Shown piece by piece: positions 29,029 through 38,808 of a DNA stretch of 49,839 nt. Positions within the stretch are counted from its first letter, which is position 1. Every line of letters begins with the position of its first letter. Both the position numbers and the translations under genes were made by a program. The notes under the pieces are model-generated. The model saw only the letters and a list, made by a program, of their open reading frames with translations. It made no database searches and was not told the DNA's origin. Source of the stretch: Thermococcus sp. (lineage in GTDB: Archaea; Methanobacteriota_B; Thermococci; Thermococcales; Thermococcaceae); the NCBI RefSeq assembly GCF_027008145.1, contig NZ_JALTCZ010000202.1, positions 1 through 49,839 on the forward strand, given 5' to 3'.

Positions 29029-29706
29029 TCAGAGCTCCCTCAGTACCTTTGAAAGGAGGGAGAACCTACCGAAGTCGAGGAGCTCTCCCTCAAGGGGCAC
29101 AATTACCCGAAAGTCCTCCCTAATGAGCCTTAGAAACGGAGAGACAACCTCCCTCAGGACATCGTTTCCATAGGCCCAGGGGCTAAAAGCAGGGAGTACG
29201 ATGAGCTTCTCCCCAACCAGAAAGACCGGGACTTTAATTACCGCCCCAACTTCATCACGCAACCTTATTGCGGGGTGTTCGTGGCCTATTATAAAGCGCT
29301 CGCCCTCAACGAGTTTATGGCCGTGGACAAGCTTCCAGTGGCCGATGTCAAGCTCATCAACGACCTCAACTCCGAGTTCCCTGAGCCACAGCGTCCCAAC
29401 GTCGTGGTTCCCCCTCACGAGGACTGTCTCGTCAACCAGGGGGCTTACCTTCTCAACAAACGTCCTCAGCTCCTCCCTCTCGCGCCACTCTGGGATGAAG
29501 GAGTGTTTTAGGTCGCCGTCTATAACAAGCCTCTTCGGCTTGAATCGCTCGATTATGCCGGCGAGCCTTCCAACAGTCTCATGGAACACCCAAGGGAGGT
29601 AAAAGCCCTCCCTGGCCATGGCCACCTCATAACCGAGATGAAGGTCAGCAACGATGAGGTTATTCCCCAGCAACAGGGCCTTCTCTGAAAGGAATCGGGG
29701 TTTCAT
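29029..29706 (-). CDS. Metallophosphoesterase (calcineurin-like)
   Basis: 'ADLHLG', 'GDLKH', 'GNHD', 'HGH', 'GHEHP' and 'LPAFS'. Confidence 0.93.
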   Translation of the reverse strand: MKPRFLSEKALLLGNNLIVADLHLGYEVAMAREGFYLPWVFHETVGRLAGIIERFKPKRLVIDGDLKHSFIPEWREREELRTFVEKVSPLVDETVLVRGNHDVGTLWLRELGVEVVDELDIGHWKLVHGHKLVEGERFIIGHEHPAIRLRDEVGAVIKVPVFLVGEKLIVLPAFSPWAYGNDVLREVVSPFLRLIREDFRVIVPLEGELLDFGRFSLLSKVLREL

Positions 29707-29797
29707 GGGTTAGCGTTCTCGAAGTGACTTTTAAGCTTTGTTCGGGGAACCAAAAAAGTTTTAAATTCGTTCATTGAGGTAACAGTGGTGAGTAAGA

Positions 29798-30082
29798 ATG
29801 CCCTACATTGGGTTCGCGAGAAGCCCCCACGGGCCCATCAAAACCTACGAGGAGATATTAAGAGAGCTCGAAGAGAGGGGCTTTAAAGTGGGCTTTTCAA
29901 AACACCACTGGGCCGGCGACCTTCCCTTCGGTTTGGTCATGGCAGAGACCTCCAAGGGAGCAGTCGCAATAAGATGGTCTCTGGGAAAGGAGTTCACACT
30001 GAGGCTCGAAGAGGTTGACAGGGAGACCTACGACGAGTTCGTCGAGGACACGCTCGAATACACCAACGCCGACTCAGGGTGA
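29798..30082 (+). CDS. Small conserved hypothetical protein
   Basis: GGTGA RBS, TATA-like TTTTAAA upstream, native codon usage. Confidence 0.8.
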   Translation: MPYIGFARSPHGPIKTYEEILRELEERGFKVGFSKHHWAGDLPFGLVMAETSKGAVAIRWSLGKEFTLRLEEVDRETYDEFVEDTLEYTNADSG

Positions 30083-30751
30083 GCGCTCCTGCCTTACCCT
30101 CTCAACGACGTCGAAAATGCTCCAGAGATCCCGAATCACGTGTAGGTGCGGGATTAAAGCGAGCCTCCCGCGGTTCTTTTCCACGAACTTGGCAGTAAAG
30201 GGAAAGTAATACCAGACGTACTCGGTGTTTTCATCCCCGTGACCTATGAAGCGCCAGGGCTTGTCATCCACCCAGATGAAGGTCTCATCACCGTACTTCT
30301 CGCGGACGAGCTTAAAGGCCTCGTCTATCGTCAAACCTCTGCCGAAGACTATAACATCATCAAAGAGGTCATAGAGTCCGGCCATCTTCATCCTCCTGAC
30401 CTTCATGCCGTCGATGAAGTCCTCAGCGGAGAAAGAAATTACCACGTGCCCCCCTTCCCTAAGCCTCTTCAGCAGTTCGGGAGCATCGTCTATGGGCTTC
30501 GTCAGCTTCGCCCTCTCCTCGAACCAGGTTTCAAAGAACTTCGTCCTGAGGAAGAAGGGTGGCCCGGATTTTTTCTTATGCCCCCCAAAGGTCGGCCTCT
30601 CGAACTGAAGTTCTATTTTTGTTAGGAGCTCTGCCCAGAGGGCCTTCCCGGGTAGCCAGCGCCAGCGCCTCTCAAGGGCTCTCCTGAAGGCCTCCTCGAT
30701 GGGGGAGTAGCTGTCCACCAGAGTCCCGTCAAAGTCAAAGGCAATGATCAT
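30074..30751 (-). CDS. HAD-superfamily hydrolase
   Basis: 'AFDFDGTLVDS' motif I and 'WVDDK' motif IV. Confidence 0.9.
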   Translation of the reverse strand: MIIAFDFDGTLVDSYSPIEEAFRRALERRWRWLPGKALWAELLTKIELQFERPTFGGHKKKSGPPFFLRTKFFETWFEERAKLTKPIDDAPELLKRLREGGHVVISFSAEDFIDGMKVRRMKMAGLYDLFDDVIVFGRGLTIDEAFKLVREKYGDETFIWVDDKPWRFIGHGDENTEYVWYYFPFTAKFVEKNRGRLALIPHLHVIRDLWSIFDVVERVRQERSP

Positions 30752-31362
30752 TCAACCACCTCCGGGTTTATGAAAGTTGAAGCCGCTGAGACGTGCATCG
30801 AGAGGAAGTCATCAACCAGGCCGTAGGCCCAGATTACCCTGAAGGGCTTTTCAGGAGTAACAACGAAGTCGTAGCGGTCGCCGGTGTCCAGTTTTCTGGA
30901 GAACTCGACCACGGTCCAGTTTTCGTCCTCCATTCCCCCGTAGGAGATTACGTCGAAGCTCCCACCGAGCGTTGTGTCCGAAACATGGAGACCCGCGAAA
31001 CCTGTCGAGTAGGAGGCGCTGATTTTGGCTACTCCATTCAAGAGGACGTAGGCTATGACGATATCGATGTTTTTCATCCCCACACTTCCACCAAAGCCCA
31101 TCGCCAGCCAGCCGTGAGTTCTGGCCTTCATACCAACGAAGAGCGTTCCGTTCTCAACACGGAAGAAGGCATAGAAAGTGCCATCTCTAGAGGAGAAGTT
31201 CATCCAGTATTCTCCCGGGCTTATGATGCCGTCGGGCTTCCACTGAACCTGTTCGGTGGGCGAGACACCGGCTTTCCCGCTATTCTCTCCTGTGCATCCA
31301 AAAGAGAACCCAATGAATGTAAGTGCTAGAACCAGTGCAAGGGATTTAATGCCTCTCATCAT
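30748..31362 (-). CDS. DOMON-domain lipoprotein
   Basis: Signal with 'FGC'; 'GWLAMGFG', 'MKNIDIVIAY', 'TVVEFSRKLDTGD' and 'VIWAYG...H'. Confidence 0.82.
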   Translation of the reverse strand: MMRGIKSLALVLALTFIGFSFGCTGENSGKAGVSPTEQVQWKPDGIISPGEYWMNFSSRDGTFYAFFRVENGTLFVGMKARTHGWLAMGFGGSVGMKNIDIVIAYVLLNGVAKISASYSTGFAGLHVSDTTLGGSFDVISYGGMEDENWTVVEFSRKLDTGDRYDFVVTPEKPFRVIWAYGLVDDFLSMHVSAASTFINPEVVE

Positions 31363-31469
31363 GAGCTTGAATTGAGACAAGGGTTTTTAAAGGTGCCTGG
31401 CCGGCACAAAGCATATATTTCCTCCGACCAACTTTCAACGACTGTCTTAAAGCTTAGAAGGTGATAGGT

Positions 31470-32831
31470 ATGGGCAAACACTACCTCCCAAACCTTCCCC
31501 AGAAGGAGGAGATGCTCCGGGAAATCGGCTTTTCTTCTATAGACGACCTCTTCTCTGACGTCCCAGAGGGGATGATCAAGGAGTTCAACCTGCCGGAGGG
31601 AAGAAGCGAGTACGAGGTCTTTACAGAGCTCAACGAGGTTTTGAGCAAAAACAGAACCGTCCTTGAAATGCCGAGCTTCCTCGGAGCTGGAACCTATTTC
31701 CACTACGTTCCGGCCCACATCAAGTACCTCATCGAGAGGAGCGAGTTCCTAACGTCATACACCCCCTACCAGCCCGAGGTAAGTCAGGGCATGCTCCAGG
31801 CACTCTTTGAGTACCAGAGCATGATGGCGGAACTCTACGGTCTTCCAATCGTCAACTCCTCGATGTACGACTGGGGGACTGCTATAGCCGAGGCCGCTCT
31901 GATGACAGCGAGACTCCACAGGGGAAAGAGGAAGCGCTTCGTAATCCCAAAGGCCCTCAGTCCTGAAAAAAAGGCCGTAATAAGGACTTACACTAGGGGA
32001 GCTAACCTTGAGATAGTCGAAGTCCCCTGGGACGAGAACGGCCATCTCGACATAGAGCAGCTCAAGGAAGAATCTAAGGATTCAGCCGGCGTTTACGTCG
32101 AGATGAGCAACTTCTTCGGTCTGGTAGAGGAGAACGTGAGGGAGATAGGAGAGGTAGCCCACGATTCCGGGGCTTACTTCGTTGTTGGAGCAGACCCAAC
32201 GATGCTTGGGGTCTTTGAGGCCCCAGGAGAGCTTGGTGCAGACATAGCGGTAGGAGAGGCCTCGTTCCTTGGGAGCCCGATGAACTTCGGCGGGCCGAGG
32301 GCGGGAGTTTTCGCCGTGAGGAACGACAGAACCCTCATCCGCCAGATGCCGGGGAGAATAATTGGCATGACGAAGGACGCCAATGGGAAGAGGGCCTTTG
32401 TGATGACCCTCCAGACGAGGGAACAGCACATAAGAAGGGCCAAGGCCACCTCCAACATCTGCTCGAACGAGGCGCTTGTTGCTGTTGCCTCGGCCATACA
32501 CCTAGCAACGCTTGGCCCGAAGGGGTTGAGAGAGCTTGGAGAGGTTATCCTCAAGAACACCTCCTACCTCAAGAGGCACCTTTCCGAGGTCGCTGAAATA
32601 CCCTTCGAGGGACTTTATTTCAAAGACGTGCCGACTAAGTTTGAGATCCCGTACGATGTTATCCACGAGAGGCTCCTGGAGAGGGGAATACACGGTGGCT
32701 ACTACCTCGGCAGGCACTTCCCAGAGCTAGGAGAGACCGCACTCTTCTCGGCAACTGAAACGACGAGGAAGGAATGGGTCGAGGGGCTCCTCAAGGCGCT
32801 GAGAGAGATAATAAACGAGGCAGAGGTGTGA
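31470..32831 (+). CDS. gcvPA: Glycine cleavage system P protein subunit 1
   Basis: '[26 protein letters not shown]' and '[19 protein letters not shown]'. Confidence 0.97.
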   Translation: MGKHYLPNLPQKEEMLREIGFSSIDDLFSDVPEGMIKEFNLPEGRSEYEVFTELNEVLSKNRTVLEMPSFLGAGTYFHYVPAHIKYLIERSEFLTSYTPYQPEVSQGMLQALFEYQSMMAELYGLPIVNSSMYDWGTAIAEAALMTARLHRGKRKRFVIPKALSPEKKAVIRTYTRGANLEIVEVPWDENGHLDIEQLKEESKDSAGVYVEMSNFFGLVEENVREIGEVAHDSGAYFVVGADPTMLGVFEAPGELGADIAVGEASFLGSPMNFGGPRAGVFAVRNDRTLIRQMPGRIIGMTKDANGKRAFVMTLQTREQHIRRAKATSNICSNEALVAVASAIHLATLGPKGLRELGEVILKNTSYLKRHLSEVAEIPFEGLYFKDVPTKFEIPYDVIHERLLERGIHGGYYLGRHFPELGETALFSATETTRKEWVEGLLKALREIINEAEV

Positions 32832-32841
32832 GGTGATTAAG

Positions 32842-34344
32842 ATGTTCCGCCAGGCCAAATGGGATGAACCGCTCATATTCGAGCTCTCCAAGCCGGGCAG
32901 GGTTGGCTACACGCTCCCAAAGCCGATTGAAGATATTAATATTGAAATCCCGGAGAAGCTGAGAAGGAAGAGCAGACTCGACCTCCCTGAGCTGAGCGAA
33001 CCGGAGATAGTCAAGCACTACACGCGCTTAAGCGAGATGAACTACGGTGTCGATTCGGGCATCTACCCGCTCGGCTCGTGCACTATGAAGTACAACCCCA
33101 AGATAAACGAGGAGGTAGCAGACCATCCTGGAGTGGCCTATATCCACCCATACCAAGACGAGAGAACCATCCAGGGAGCGCTGAGGATAATGTGGGAGCT
33201 TGAGCAGTGGCTGAAGGAAATAACGGGCATGGACCGCTTCACCCTCCAACCAGCAGCTGGCGCGAACGGAGAGTTCACCGGCGTCTCGATAATCCGCGCC
33301 TATCATCTGGACAGGGGCGAGACCCAGAGGGATGAGATACTGGTTCCTGATTCAGCTCATGGAACCAATCCGGCAAGTGCTGCAATGGCGGGATTCAAGG
33401 TCGTCGAGATACCCTCCAACGAGAACGGGACGGTTGATTTAGAGGCACTTGAGAGTGCCGTGAGCGAGAGGACAGCCGGCTTGATGCTCACGAACCCCAA
33501 TACCTTAGGAATCTTCGAGGACGAGATAGTTGAGATAGCGGAGATAATTCACAGGGCCGGCGGTCTGCTCTACTACGACGGTGCAAACCTCAACGCAGTT
33601 CTCGGCAAGGTAAGGCCCGGCGATATGGGCTTTGACATAGTGCACCTCAACCTTCACAAGACATTCTCAACGCCCCACGGCGGCGGTGGCCCCGGAAGCG
33701 GGCCGGTTGGCGTTAAGGACTTCCTGAAGGACTTCCTGCCGGTTCCGCTTGTGGACTATGACGGCGAGCACTACTACCTCGACTACGACGTGCCAAAGAG
33801 CATAGGGAAAGTGAAGGAGCTATACGGAAACTTCGCCGTCATCGTCAGGGCCTTGACTTACCTTAAGATAATGGGGAGAGAGAGCCTGAGGGAGGCCAGC
33901 GAGATAGCTGTTCTCAACGCCAACTACCTAACCAAAAAGCTGAAGGGAACCAGAGGTTACGAGCTACCGGGTAAGGAGCTGAGAAAGCACGAGACGGTGT
34001 TTTCGGCCGAGCCCATGAAGAAGGAGACCGGAGTTAGGGCCCTCGACGTTGCGAAGAGGCTCCTCGACTTCGGAATGCACGCTCCAACTATTTACTTCCC
34101 GCTGATAGTGCACGAAGCTTTGATGATAGAACCGACCGAGACGGTAAGCAAAGAGGAGCTCGACGCCTACGTTGATGTCCTCAAGGGGATAAGTGAAGAG
34201 GCCTACAGCAACCCGGAAATCATCAAGAGCGCCCCCCATAACACGGCCATCAGAAGGGTGGACGACGTTTTAGCTGCAAAAAAGCCAATAATCAGCTGGC
34301 GCATGTACAGGGAGCTGAAGGAAAAGGGCGAAATCGACTACTGA
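32842..34344 (+). CDS. gcvPB: Glycine cleavage system P protein subunit 2
   Basis: '[11 protein letters not shown]', '[10 protein letters not shown]' and PLP lysine motif '[18 protein letters not shown]'. Confidence 0.97.
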   Translation: MFRQAKWDEPLIFELSKPGRVGYTLPKPIEDINIEIPEKLRRKSRLDLPELSEPEIVKHYTRLSEMNYGVDSGIYPLGSCTMKYNPKINEEVADHPGVAYIHPYQDERTIQGALRIMWELEQWLKEITGMDRFTLQPAAGANGEFTGVSIIRAYHLDRGETQRDEILVPDSAHGTNPASAAMAGFKVVEIPSNENGTVDLEALESAVSERTAGLMLTNPNTLGIFEDEIVEIAEIIHRAGGLLYYDGANLNAVLGKVRPGDMGFDIVHLNLHKTFSTPHGGGGPGSGPVGVKDFLKDFLPVPLVDYDGEHYYLDYDVPKSIGKVKELYGNFAVIVRALTYLKIMGRESLREASEIAVLNANYLTKKLKGTRGYELPGKELRKHETVFSAEPMKKETGVRALDVAKRLLDFGMHAPTIYFPLIVHEALMIEPTETVSKEELDAYVDVLKGISEEAYSNPEIIKSAPHNTAIRRVDDVLAAKKPIISWRMYRELKEKGEIDY

Positions 34345-34360
34345 CCTTTTCCTTTTTATG

Positions 34361-34420
34361 GGGGGTCGGCCAGTGCCAGTCTCATCATTCCTCAGACCGG
34401 TAAACGCTCGTCATTCCCCG
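34361..34420 (-). ncRNA. Box C/D 2'-O-methylation guide sRNA
   Basis: Minus strand: GGGGA-ATGACGA(C)-GCGTTTACCGGT-CTGA(D')-GGA-ATGATGA(C')-GACTGGCACTGG-CCGA(D)-CCCC; two 12-nt guides and a terminal G/C stem. Confidence 0.88.
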
Positions 34421-34435
34421 GTTTCACTTCGCGCA

Positions 34436-34449
34436 TCCTTTTTAATACC
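34436..34449. promoter_or_regulatory. TATA-like element between two divergent sRNAs
   Basis: CCTTTTTAATAC lies roughly 20-25 nt from both sRNA 5' ends. Confidence 0.5.
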
Positions 34450-34466
34450 TTTGCACAACTTCCACC

Positions 34467-34524
34467 GGCCGATGACGAGCGTTAGCCACGCCGAGCGGTG
34501 AGGAGAAGAGGGTTAGCCGAGGCC
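34467..34524 (+). ncRNA. Box C/D 2'-O-methylation guide sRNA
   Basis: GGCCG-ATGACGA(C)-GCGTTAGCCACG-CCGA(D')-GCG-GTGAGGA(C')-GAAGAGGGTTAG-CCGA(D)-GGCC; two 12-nt guides and a terminal GGCC stem. Confidence 0.82.
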
Positions 34525-34565
34525 CAACGTTTTAAATCACTCTCATAACTTTCTATGGTGATGAA

Positions 34566-35336
34566 ATGGAGGAGTTCTACCGGCACTTCCGGTGGTGGAT
34601 GGAGCCCAGTGACGAGAAGGCCATTGAAAGGCTCTGGAGCATTGTGCGTTTCTTTGAAAGTTATGAGAAGGCCTCGAGCGTCCTCGACCTCTGCGCCGGA
34701 ACCGGCATAGCGGGAGTTGCCGCGGCCAAAGCACTGTCGGCATCAAAACTGACCCTTGTTGAGATGAGGAGGAAAGATGCCAGAAAGGTCAGCTCTTGGA
34801 TTAAGATGGCCGGAATAAACCCCGAACTTAAGGTCATCGCCGAGGACATCCTGGAACTCCCGTCCCTCGTTGGGAAACATGACGTTGCCGTCCTCTTCGG
34901 CCGCAGCATGCCCCACTTTGACCCGTTTCAGGCGGTTAAGCTCTTCGCTGGAGTAGCGCTGGTTCTAGGTGAAGATGGGAGGTTTTTCATCGAGGAAACG
35001 GATAGGATTTATCGCTTCCTCTACCGCAGGGCCTATGAACCCGTTAGGGTCGAAATCAGACGGGAAGACTACTCGATAATCTCCCTTTATGAGGGCTACA
35101 AAGTGGAGCGGGGTGTTGAGAGGCGTGGCTATTACAGGCTTCCGGGCTTTGAGAAGGTCATGGATATGGATCTCAGACCCTGGGATCTGGCATCGTTGCT
35201 CGCCATCGGGAAAGTCTTTTTCAGTGACGCGGAGCTGATAAAAAGAGAAATGCACGGCATAGCAGAAGTCTCGGACGTTATGCTTTTCTCAAAGCCGAGA
35301 AAGGAAATCGCTGGAGAGCTTTACAGTCAGTTCTGA
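34566..35336 (+). CDS. Class I SAM-dependent methyltransferase
   Basis: 'VLDLCAGTG' motif I; GGTGA RBS. Confidence 0.88.
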   Translation: MEEFYRHFRWWMEPSDEKAIERLWSIVRFFESYEKASSVLDLCAGTGIAGVAAAKALSASKLTLVEMRRKDARKVSSWIKMAGINPELKVIAEDILELPSLVGKHDVAVLFGRSMPHFDPFQAVKLFAGVALVLGEDGRFFIEETDRIYRFLYRRAYEPVRVEIRREDYSIISLYEGYKVERGVERRGYYRLPGFEKVMDMDLRPWDLASLLAIGKVFFSDAELIKREMHGIAEVSDVMLFSKPRKEIAGELYSQF

Positions 35337-35434
35337 GTTAATGGATAGATATTTCGCCGCCGGGAAAGCGTTCCATTGCACCAGGGAATGAAGATTGAGA
35401 AAACGAGATCCTCTGATACCACCCGCCCAACTTA

Positions 35435-35512
35435 TGGCGGGCCGGGCGGGATTTGAACCCGCGACCTTCGGCTCCGAAGGCCGACGCCCCATCCATGCTA
35501 GGCCACCGGCCC
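35435..35512 (-). tRNA. tRNA-Arg(UCG), CCA encoded
   Basis: GGGCCGG acceptor stem, anticodon arm TCGGC-CTTCGGA-GCCGA, GGTTCAAATCC T-loop, 3' GCCA. Confidence 0.97.
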
Positions 35513-35517
35513 GCGGT

Positions 35518-35576
35518 GCCTCAGGAGTGGTGGCCCTCAGCACGGTTCAGTGCCGGGCCTACCGCTCATCACAGGC
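35518..35576 (-). ncRNA. Box C/D guide sRNA immediately upstream of tRNA-Arg
   Basis: Minus strand: GCCT-GTGATGA(C)-GCGGTAGGCCCGGCA-CTGA(D')-ACC-GTGCTGA(C')-GGGCCACCACTC-CTGA(D)-GGC. Confidence 0.87.
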
Positions 35577-35623
35577 CACTGGATTTTTATTTGTTCGGAT
35601 TATAGCTCTTTCGGTGGTGCCGG

Positions 35624-36097
35624 ATGATACTGCCCGACTGGAAAATAAGGAAGGAGATACTGATAGAGCCTTTCTCTGAGGAGTCGCTACAGCCGGCCGG
35701 CTACGATCTCCGCGTTGGTGCGGAAGCCTACGTGGAAGGAAAGGTCGTGGACATTAAAGGTGAGGGAAAAGTCAGCATACCCCCCAGCTCATATGTCCTC
35801 GTCCTTACACTCGAGAGGGTAAAGCTCCCCGATGACGTTATGGGAGACATGAAGCTTAGGAGCAGTCTCGCCAGAGAAGGTCTCCTCGGTTCCTTTGCCT
35901 GGGTTGATCCTGGATGGGACGGTAAGCTGACACTGGGCATTTACAACGCCTCTCACGAGGTCGTTGAGCTGGAATACGGGGAGAGATTCGTCCAGATAGC
36001 CTTCGTGAGGCTTGAAAGGCCGGCCCGCAAGCCGTACCGGGGAAACTACCAGGGGAGCTCCCATATTACATTCTCTAAGAGGAAAACACACCGATAG
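35624..36097 (+). CDS. dcd: dUTPase / dCTP deaminase family protein
   Basis: 'LQPAGYDLRVG', 'RSSLAREG', 'VDPGWDGKLTL' and 'YRGNYQG'; N-terminus resembles the Thermococcales dUTPase. Confidence 0.92.
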   Translation: MILPDWKIRKEILIEPFSEESLQPAGYDLRVGAEAYVEGKVVDIKGEGKVSIPPSSYVLVLTLERVKLPDDVMGDMKLRSSLAREGLLGSFAWVDPGWDGKLTLGIYNASHEVVELEYGERFVQIAFVRLERPARKPYRGNYQGSSHITFSKRKTHR

Positions 36098-36315
36098 TGA
36101 ATTACCCGCCTCTGCTCCAAGCTGAAGGCAACACCCAAAACGACGACCCGGTTAAACCTCCCAGGAGGGTCCATCTGGGTGGGGCCTTCTTTTCGGATTT
36201 TAACAATTGTCGAGAACTTTACCGGGTTACTAGGTTGGTTAAGCTTTCTCCGGGTCAAATGGAATGTACTTTAAGGTTCACTGGCAGTTTAAACGGTTCA
36301 GCAGGCTTAGTTACC

Positions 36316-36330
36316 GAAAGTTTTATATAC
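36316..36330 (+). promoter_or_regulatory. Consensus BRE/TATA promoter of the histone gene
   Basis: CGAAAGTTTTATATA about 50 nt upstream of the ATG. Confidence 0.7.
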
Positions 36331-36379
36331 TTCTATTCATCTAAAGAATACCGAAGAAACCTTTAAGGGGGTGTTGTGA

Positions 36380-36583
36380 ATGGCCGAGCTTCCGATTGCC
36401 CCGATTGACAGGCTTATAAGGAAGGCCGGCGCCGAGAGGGTCAGCGAGGAGGCAGCCAAAGTTCTTGCAGAGTACCTCGAGGAATACGCCATCGAGCTCA
36501 GCAAGAAGGCCAGCGACTTCGCTAGGCACGCCGGCAGGAAGACCGTTAAGGCCGAGGACATAAAGCTTGCCATAAAGGCCTGA
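36380..36583 (+). CDS. hpkA: Archaeal histone (HMf/HTkA-like)
   Basis: [22 protein letters not shown]...[12 protein letters not shown] histone fold, 67 aa. Confidence 0.96.
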   Translation: MAELPIAPIDRLIRKAGAERVSEEAAKVLAEYLEEYAIELSKKASDFARHAGRKTVKAEDIKLAIKA

Positions 36584-36650
36584 TGGCCTTTGGCTTTTCT
36601 CCCTGTTTTTGTCCAGTTACCGTTTTAAAGTCCTTTTTCAAGTGTCAGTC

Positions 36651-37922
36651 ATGCCCGAAATAGCGATCAGGATGACAAAGCGCAACCACAACGCCTTCGT
36701 CCACCTCCTTGGCGCTTTGGAAAGTCAGGGCTTTGACCTCGATGAACTTCTGATAACAAAGGACTTCAGCGAGATTTTGAAGGCGAGGCCAAAGGTGGTT
36801 CTCTACTCATTCTTCACTGAGGGGATATGGGGAGATCTCCCAAGGGAAGTTCAGCTTTTGAAGGAGAGGGGAACGCTCCTCGTGGCCGGTGGCTACCACG
36901 CGATTGCGATGCCGAGACACACACTAAAGATGGGCTTTGACATCACCGTAATCGGTGAGGGAGAGGAAGTCCTCTACAAGCTCCTCAAAACGCTCAAGAA
37001 AACGGGTTACAGAATAACCAGAGAGCTGGCAAGCATAAGGGGACTGGCATTCTACCTCAACGGGGAGTTCACCTTTACAGGCTTTGCCAAGGTCGAGGAC
37101 TTCTGGAGGTTCCCCCCTTACCCGGAAAGCATCCGCCTGATTTCTCCCATCGAGATAAGCAGGGGCTGCCCCTTCCGCTGTTACTACTGCCAGACGCCAT
37201 ACATCAAGGGGTTCCGCATGAGGCACAGGCCGATAGGTCAGGTAGTGAGGTATTCGAGAAGGATGAGGGACATGCGCTATATAACCCCCAACGCCTTCGC
37301 TTACGGCTCACCGGGCGCGATACTGAAGCTGGACAAGCTTGAGGCCCTCCTCAAGGCCCTCCAGCCCCTCAGAAAAGAGGGGAGGAGGCTGTTTTACGGC
37401 ACCTTCCCGAGCGAGGTAAGACCCGAGTTCGTTTTACCCGAGACGCTGGAGTTGCTAATAGACTATGCCGACAACAGGCGCTTAGCGATAGGCGCCCAGA
37501 GCGGGGATGATGCGATGCTCAAAGCCATGCACAGGCTCCATAAGGTTGAACACGTGGAGAGGGCGGTCGAGTACATGGTCGAATACGGCTTCGAGCCCAT
37601 TGTGGACTTTATAGTCGGCCTGCCGGGTGAGAGCGAAGAAAGCCAAGGGAAGAGCATCGAGCTCATGAAGTGGATAATGCGGAAGGGCGGGAAGGTAAGG
37701 GCGCACTACTTCATGCCCCTGCCAGGAACGCCCTGGGCGAGGTGTAAGCCCTCCCCTCTGAGCGAGGAGATGAAGAAGTTCCTTGGAAGGATGGCGGCGA
37801 AGGGCAAGATTGAGGGTTCTTGGGGGATTCAGATCGAGCTTTCAAGAAGGCTCCAGAAGCTCATAGAGGAGTTTTATGAAGAACCCACGAGCTATCATGG
37901 GAGGATAAACGAACCCTGCTGA
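36651..37922 (+). CDS. B12-binding domain / radical SAM protein
   Basis: 'VAGGYHA...GEGEE' B12-binding-like N-terminus; CPFRCYYC CxxxCxxC motif; 'FPSEVRP' and 'GAQSG'. Confidence 0.9.
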   Translation: MPEIAIRMTKRNHNAFVHLLGALESQGFDLDELLITKDFSEILKARPKVVLYSFFTEGIWGDLPREVQLLKERGTLLVAGGYHAIAMPRHTLKMGFDITVIGEGEEVLYKLLKTLKKTGYRITRELASIRGLAFYLNGEFTFTGFAKVEDFWRFPPYPESIRLISPIEISRGCPFRCYYCQTPYIKGFRMRHRPIGQVVRYSRRMRDMRYITPNAFAYGSPGAILKLDKLEALLKALQPLRKEGRRLFYGTFPSEVRPEFVLPETLELLIDYADNRRLAIGAQSGDDAMLKAMHRLHKVEHVERAVEYMVEYGFEPIVDFIVGLPGESEESQGKSIELMKWIMRKGGKVRAHYFMPLPGTPWARCKPSPLSEEMKKFLGRMAAKGKIEGSWGIQIELSRRLQKLIEEFYEEPTSYHGRINEPC

Positions 37923-37966
37923 GCAAAGGTTTTAAGATTTTATGCCTTACCATACAAGGTGGTCTC

Positions 37967-38296
37967 ATGAGGGACGCCATTGCTATAGCCTTCATCCTAA
38001 TCACTGCCGGGGTCTACTACCTCCTGCGGAGAGATGTCGTGGGCGCCTTTTCTCTGGCAATAGTTTTCCTCGGGGCTTACGCCGTGAGCTTAAGGCCGGG
38101 GGTTGGGGCACCTCTGCTCTACGCTTTCATAGGCTTTTTCGCCGGCTTTGTGGTGGCGATAATTATAGGTGTTGAAACGAACGCGACCGGATGGAAGGCG
38201 GCCATACTCTGGACGCTACCCTTCTCAGGGGCGTTCATAGCCATATCCGAGGGAAAGAGAGATAACTACAGACTCTGGTGGAGCCTGAAGCCGTAA
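37967..38296 (+). CDS. Small membrane hypothetical protein
   Basis: AGGTGG RBS; about four hydrophobic segments. Confidence 0.7.
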   Translation: MRDAIAIAFILITAGVYYLLRRDVVGAFSLAIVFLGAYAVSLRPGVGAPLLYAFIGFFAGFVVAIIIGVETNATGWKAAILWTLPFSGAFIAISEGKRDNYRLWWSLKP

Positions 38297-38341
38297 CCCA
38301 AAGACTTATAATTCAGGGAATTACTCCATCACGAAGGCGAA

Positions 38342-38740
38342 ATGTACGCCGAAAACTATAAAAGATTCCTGCAGATTATAGACGAACTGCGAGAGTTTGA
38401 AGGTGCCCTCATTGTGGAGGGCATGCGAGACGAGGTGGCCCTGAGAAATCTGGGGGTCAGGGCGGAGATAATAAGGCTCTCACGCCTGCCCTTGGCCGAG
38501 GTGGCGCTCATCGCCTCATCGCATCGGGACGTCATGATACTCACTGACTTTGACAGGAAGGGCGAGGAGCTTGCAAAAAAGCTCCTCAGGTACCTTAATG
38601 GCTACCCGTGCAGGGTGGACATAAAGACATGGAAAGAACTCAGGAAGCTCGTGAGGAAGGACGTCAAGGGTGTGGAAGACCTTTACGAGCTCTATCTTAA
38701 GGTCTCCGTTTCTGACCCCCGGAGGGAGGGGATTGAATGA
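38342..38740 (+). CDS. Small TOPRIM-domain protein (UPF0292-like)
   Basis: 'IVEG..D' and 'LTDFDRKG' TOPRIM motifs. Confidence 0.9.
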   Translation: MYAENYKRFLQIIDELREFEGALIVEGMRDEVALRNLGVRAEIIRLSRLPLAEVALIASSHRDVMILTDFDRKGEELAKKLLRYLNGYPCRVDIKTWKELRKLVRKDVKGVEDLYELYLKVSVSDPRREGIE

Positions 38741-38808
38741 AGAGGAAAAAGACAGTGCTTCAGCACGTTTTGGCTGAAAAGCGAAAAAAGACTAAAGAGG
38801 GTGGTGTC

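Noticed and set aside
35289-35679. ORFs 35289..35543 (-) and 35395..35679 (+)
   Set aside because: They run across tRNA-Arg and the C/D sRNA; GC-rich RNA genes are poor in stop codons.
36046-36366. Short ORFs between dcd and the histone gene
   Set aside because: No RBS, atypical composition, and overlap with the histone promoter.
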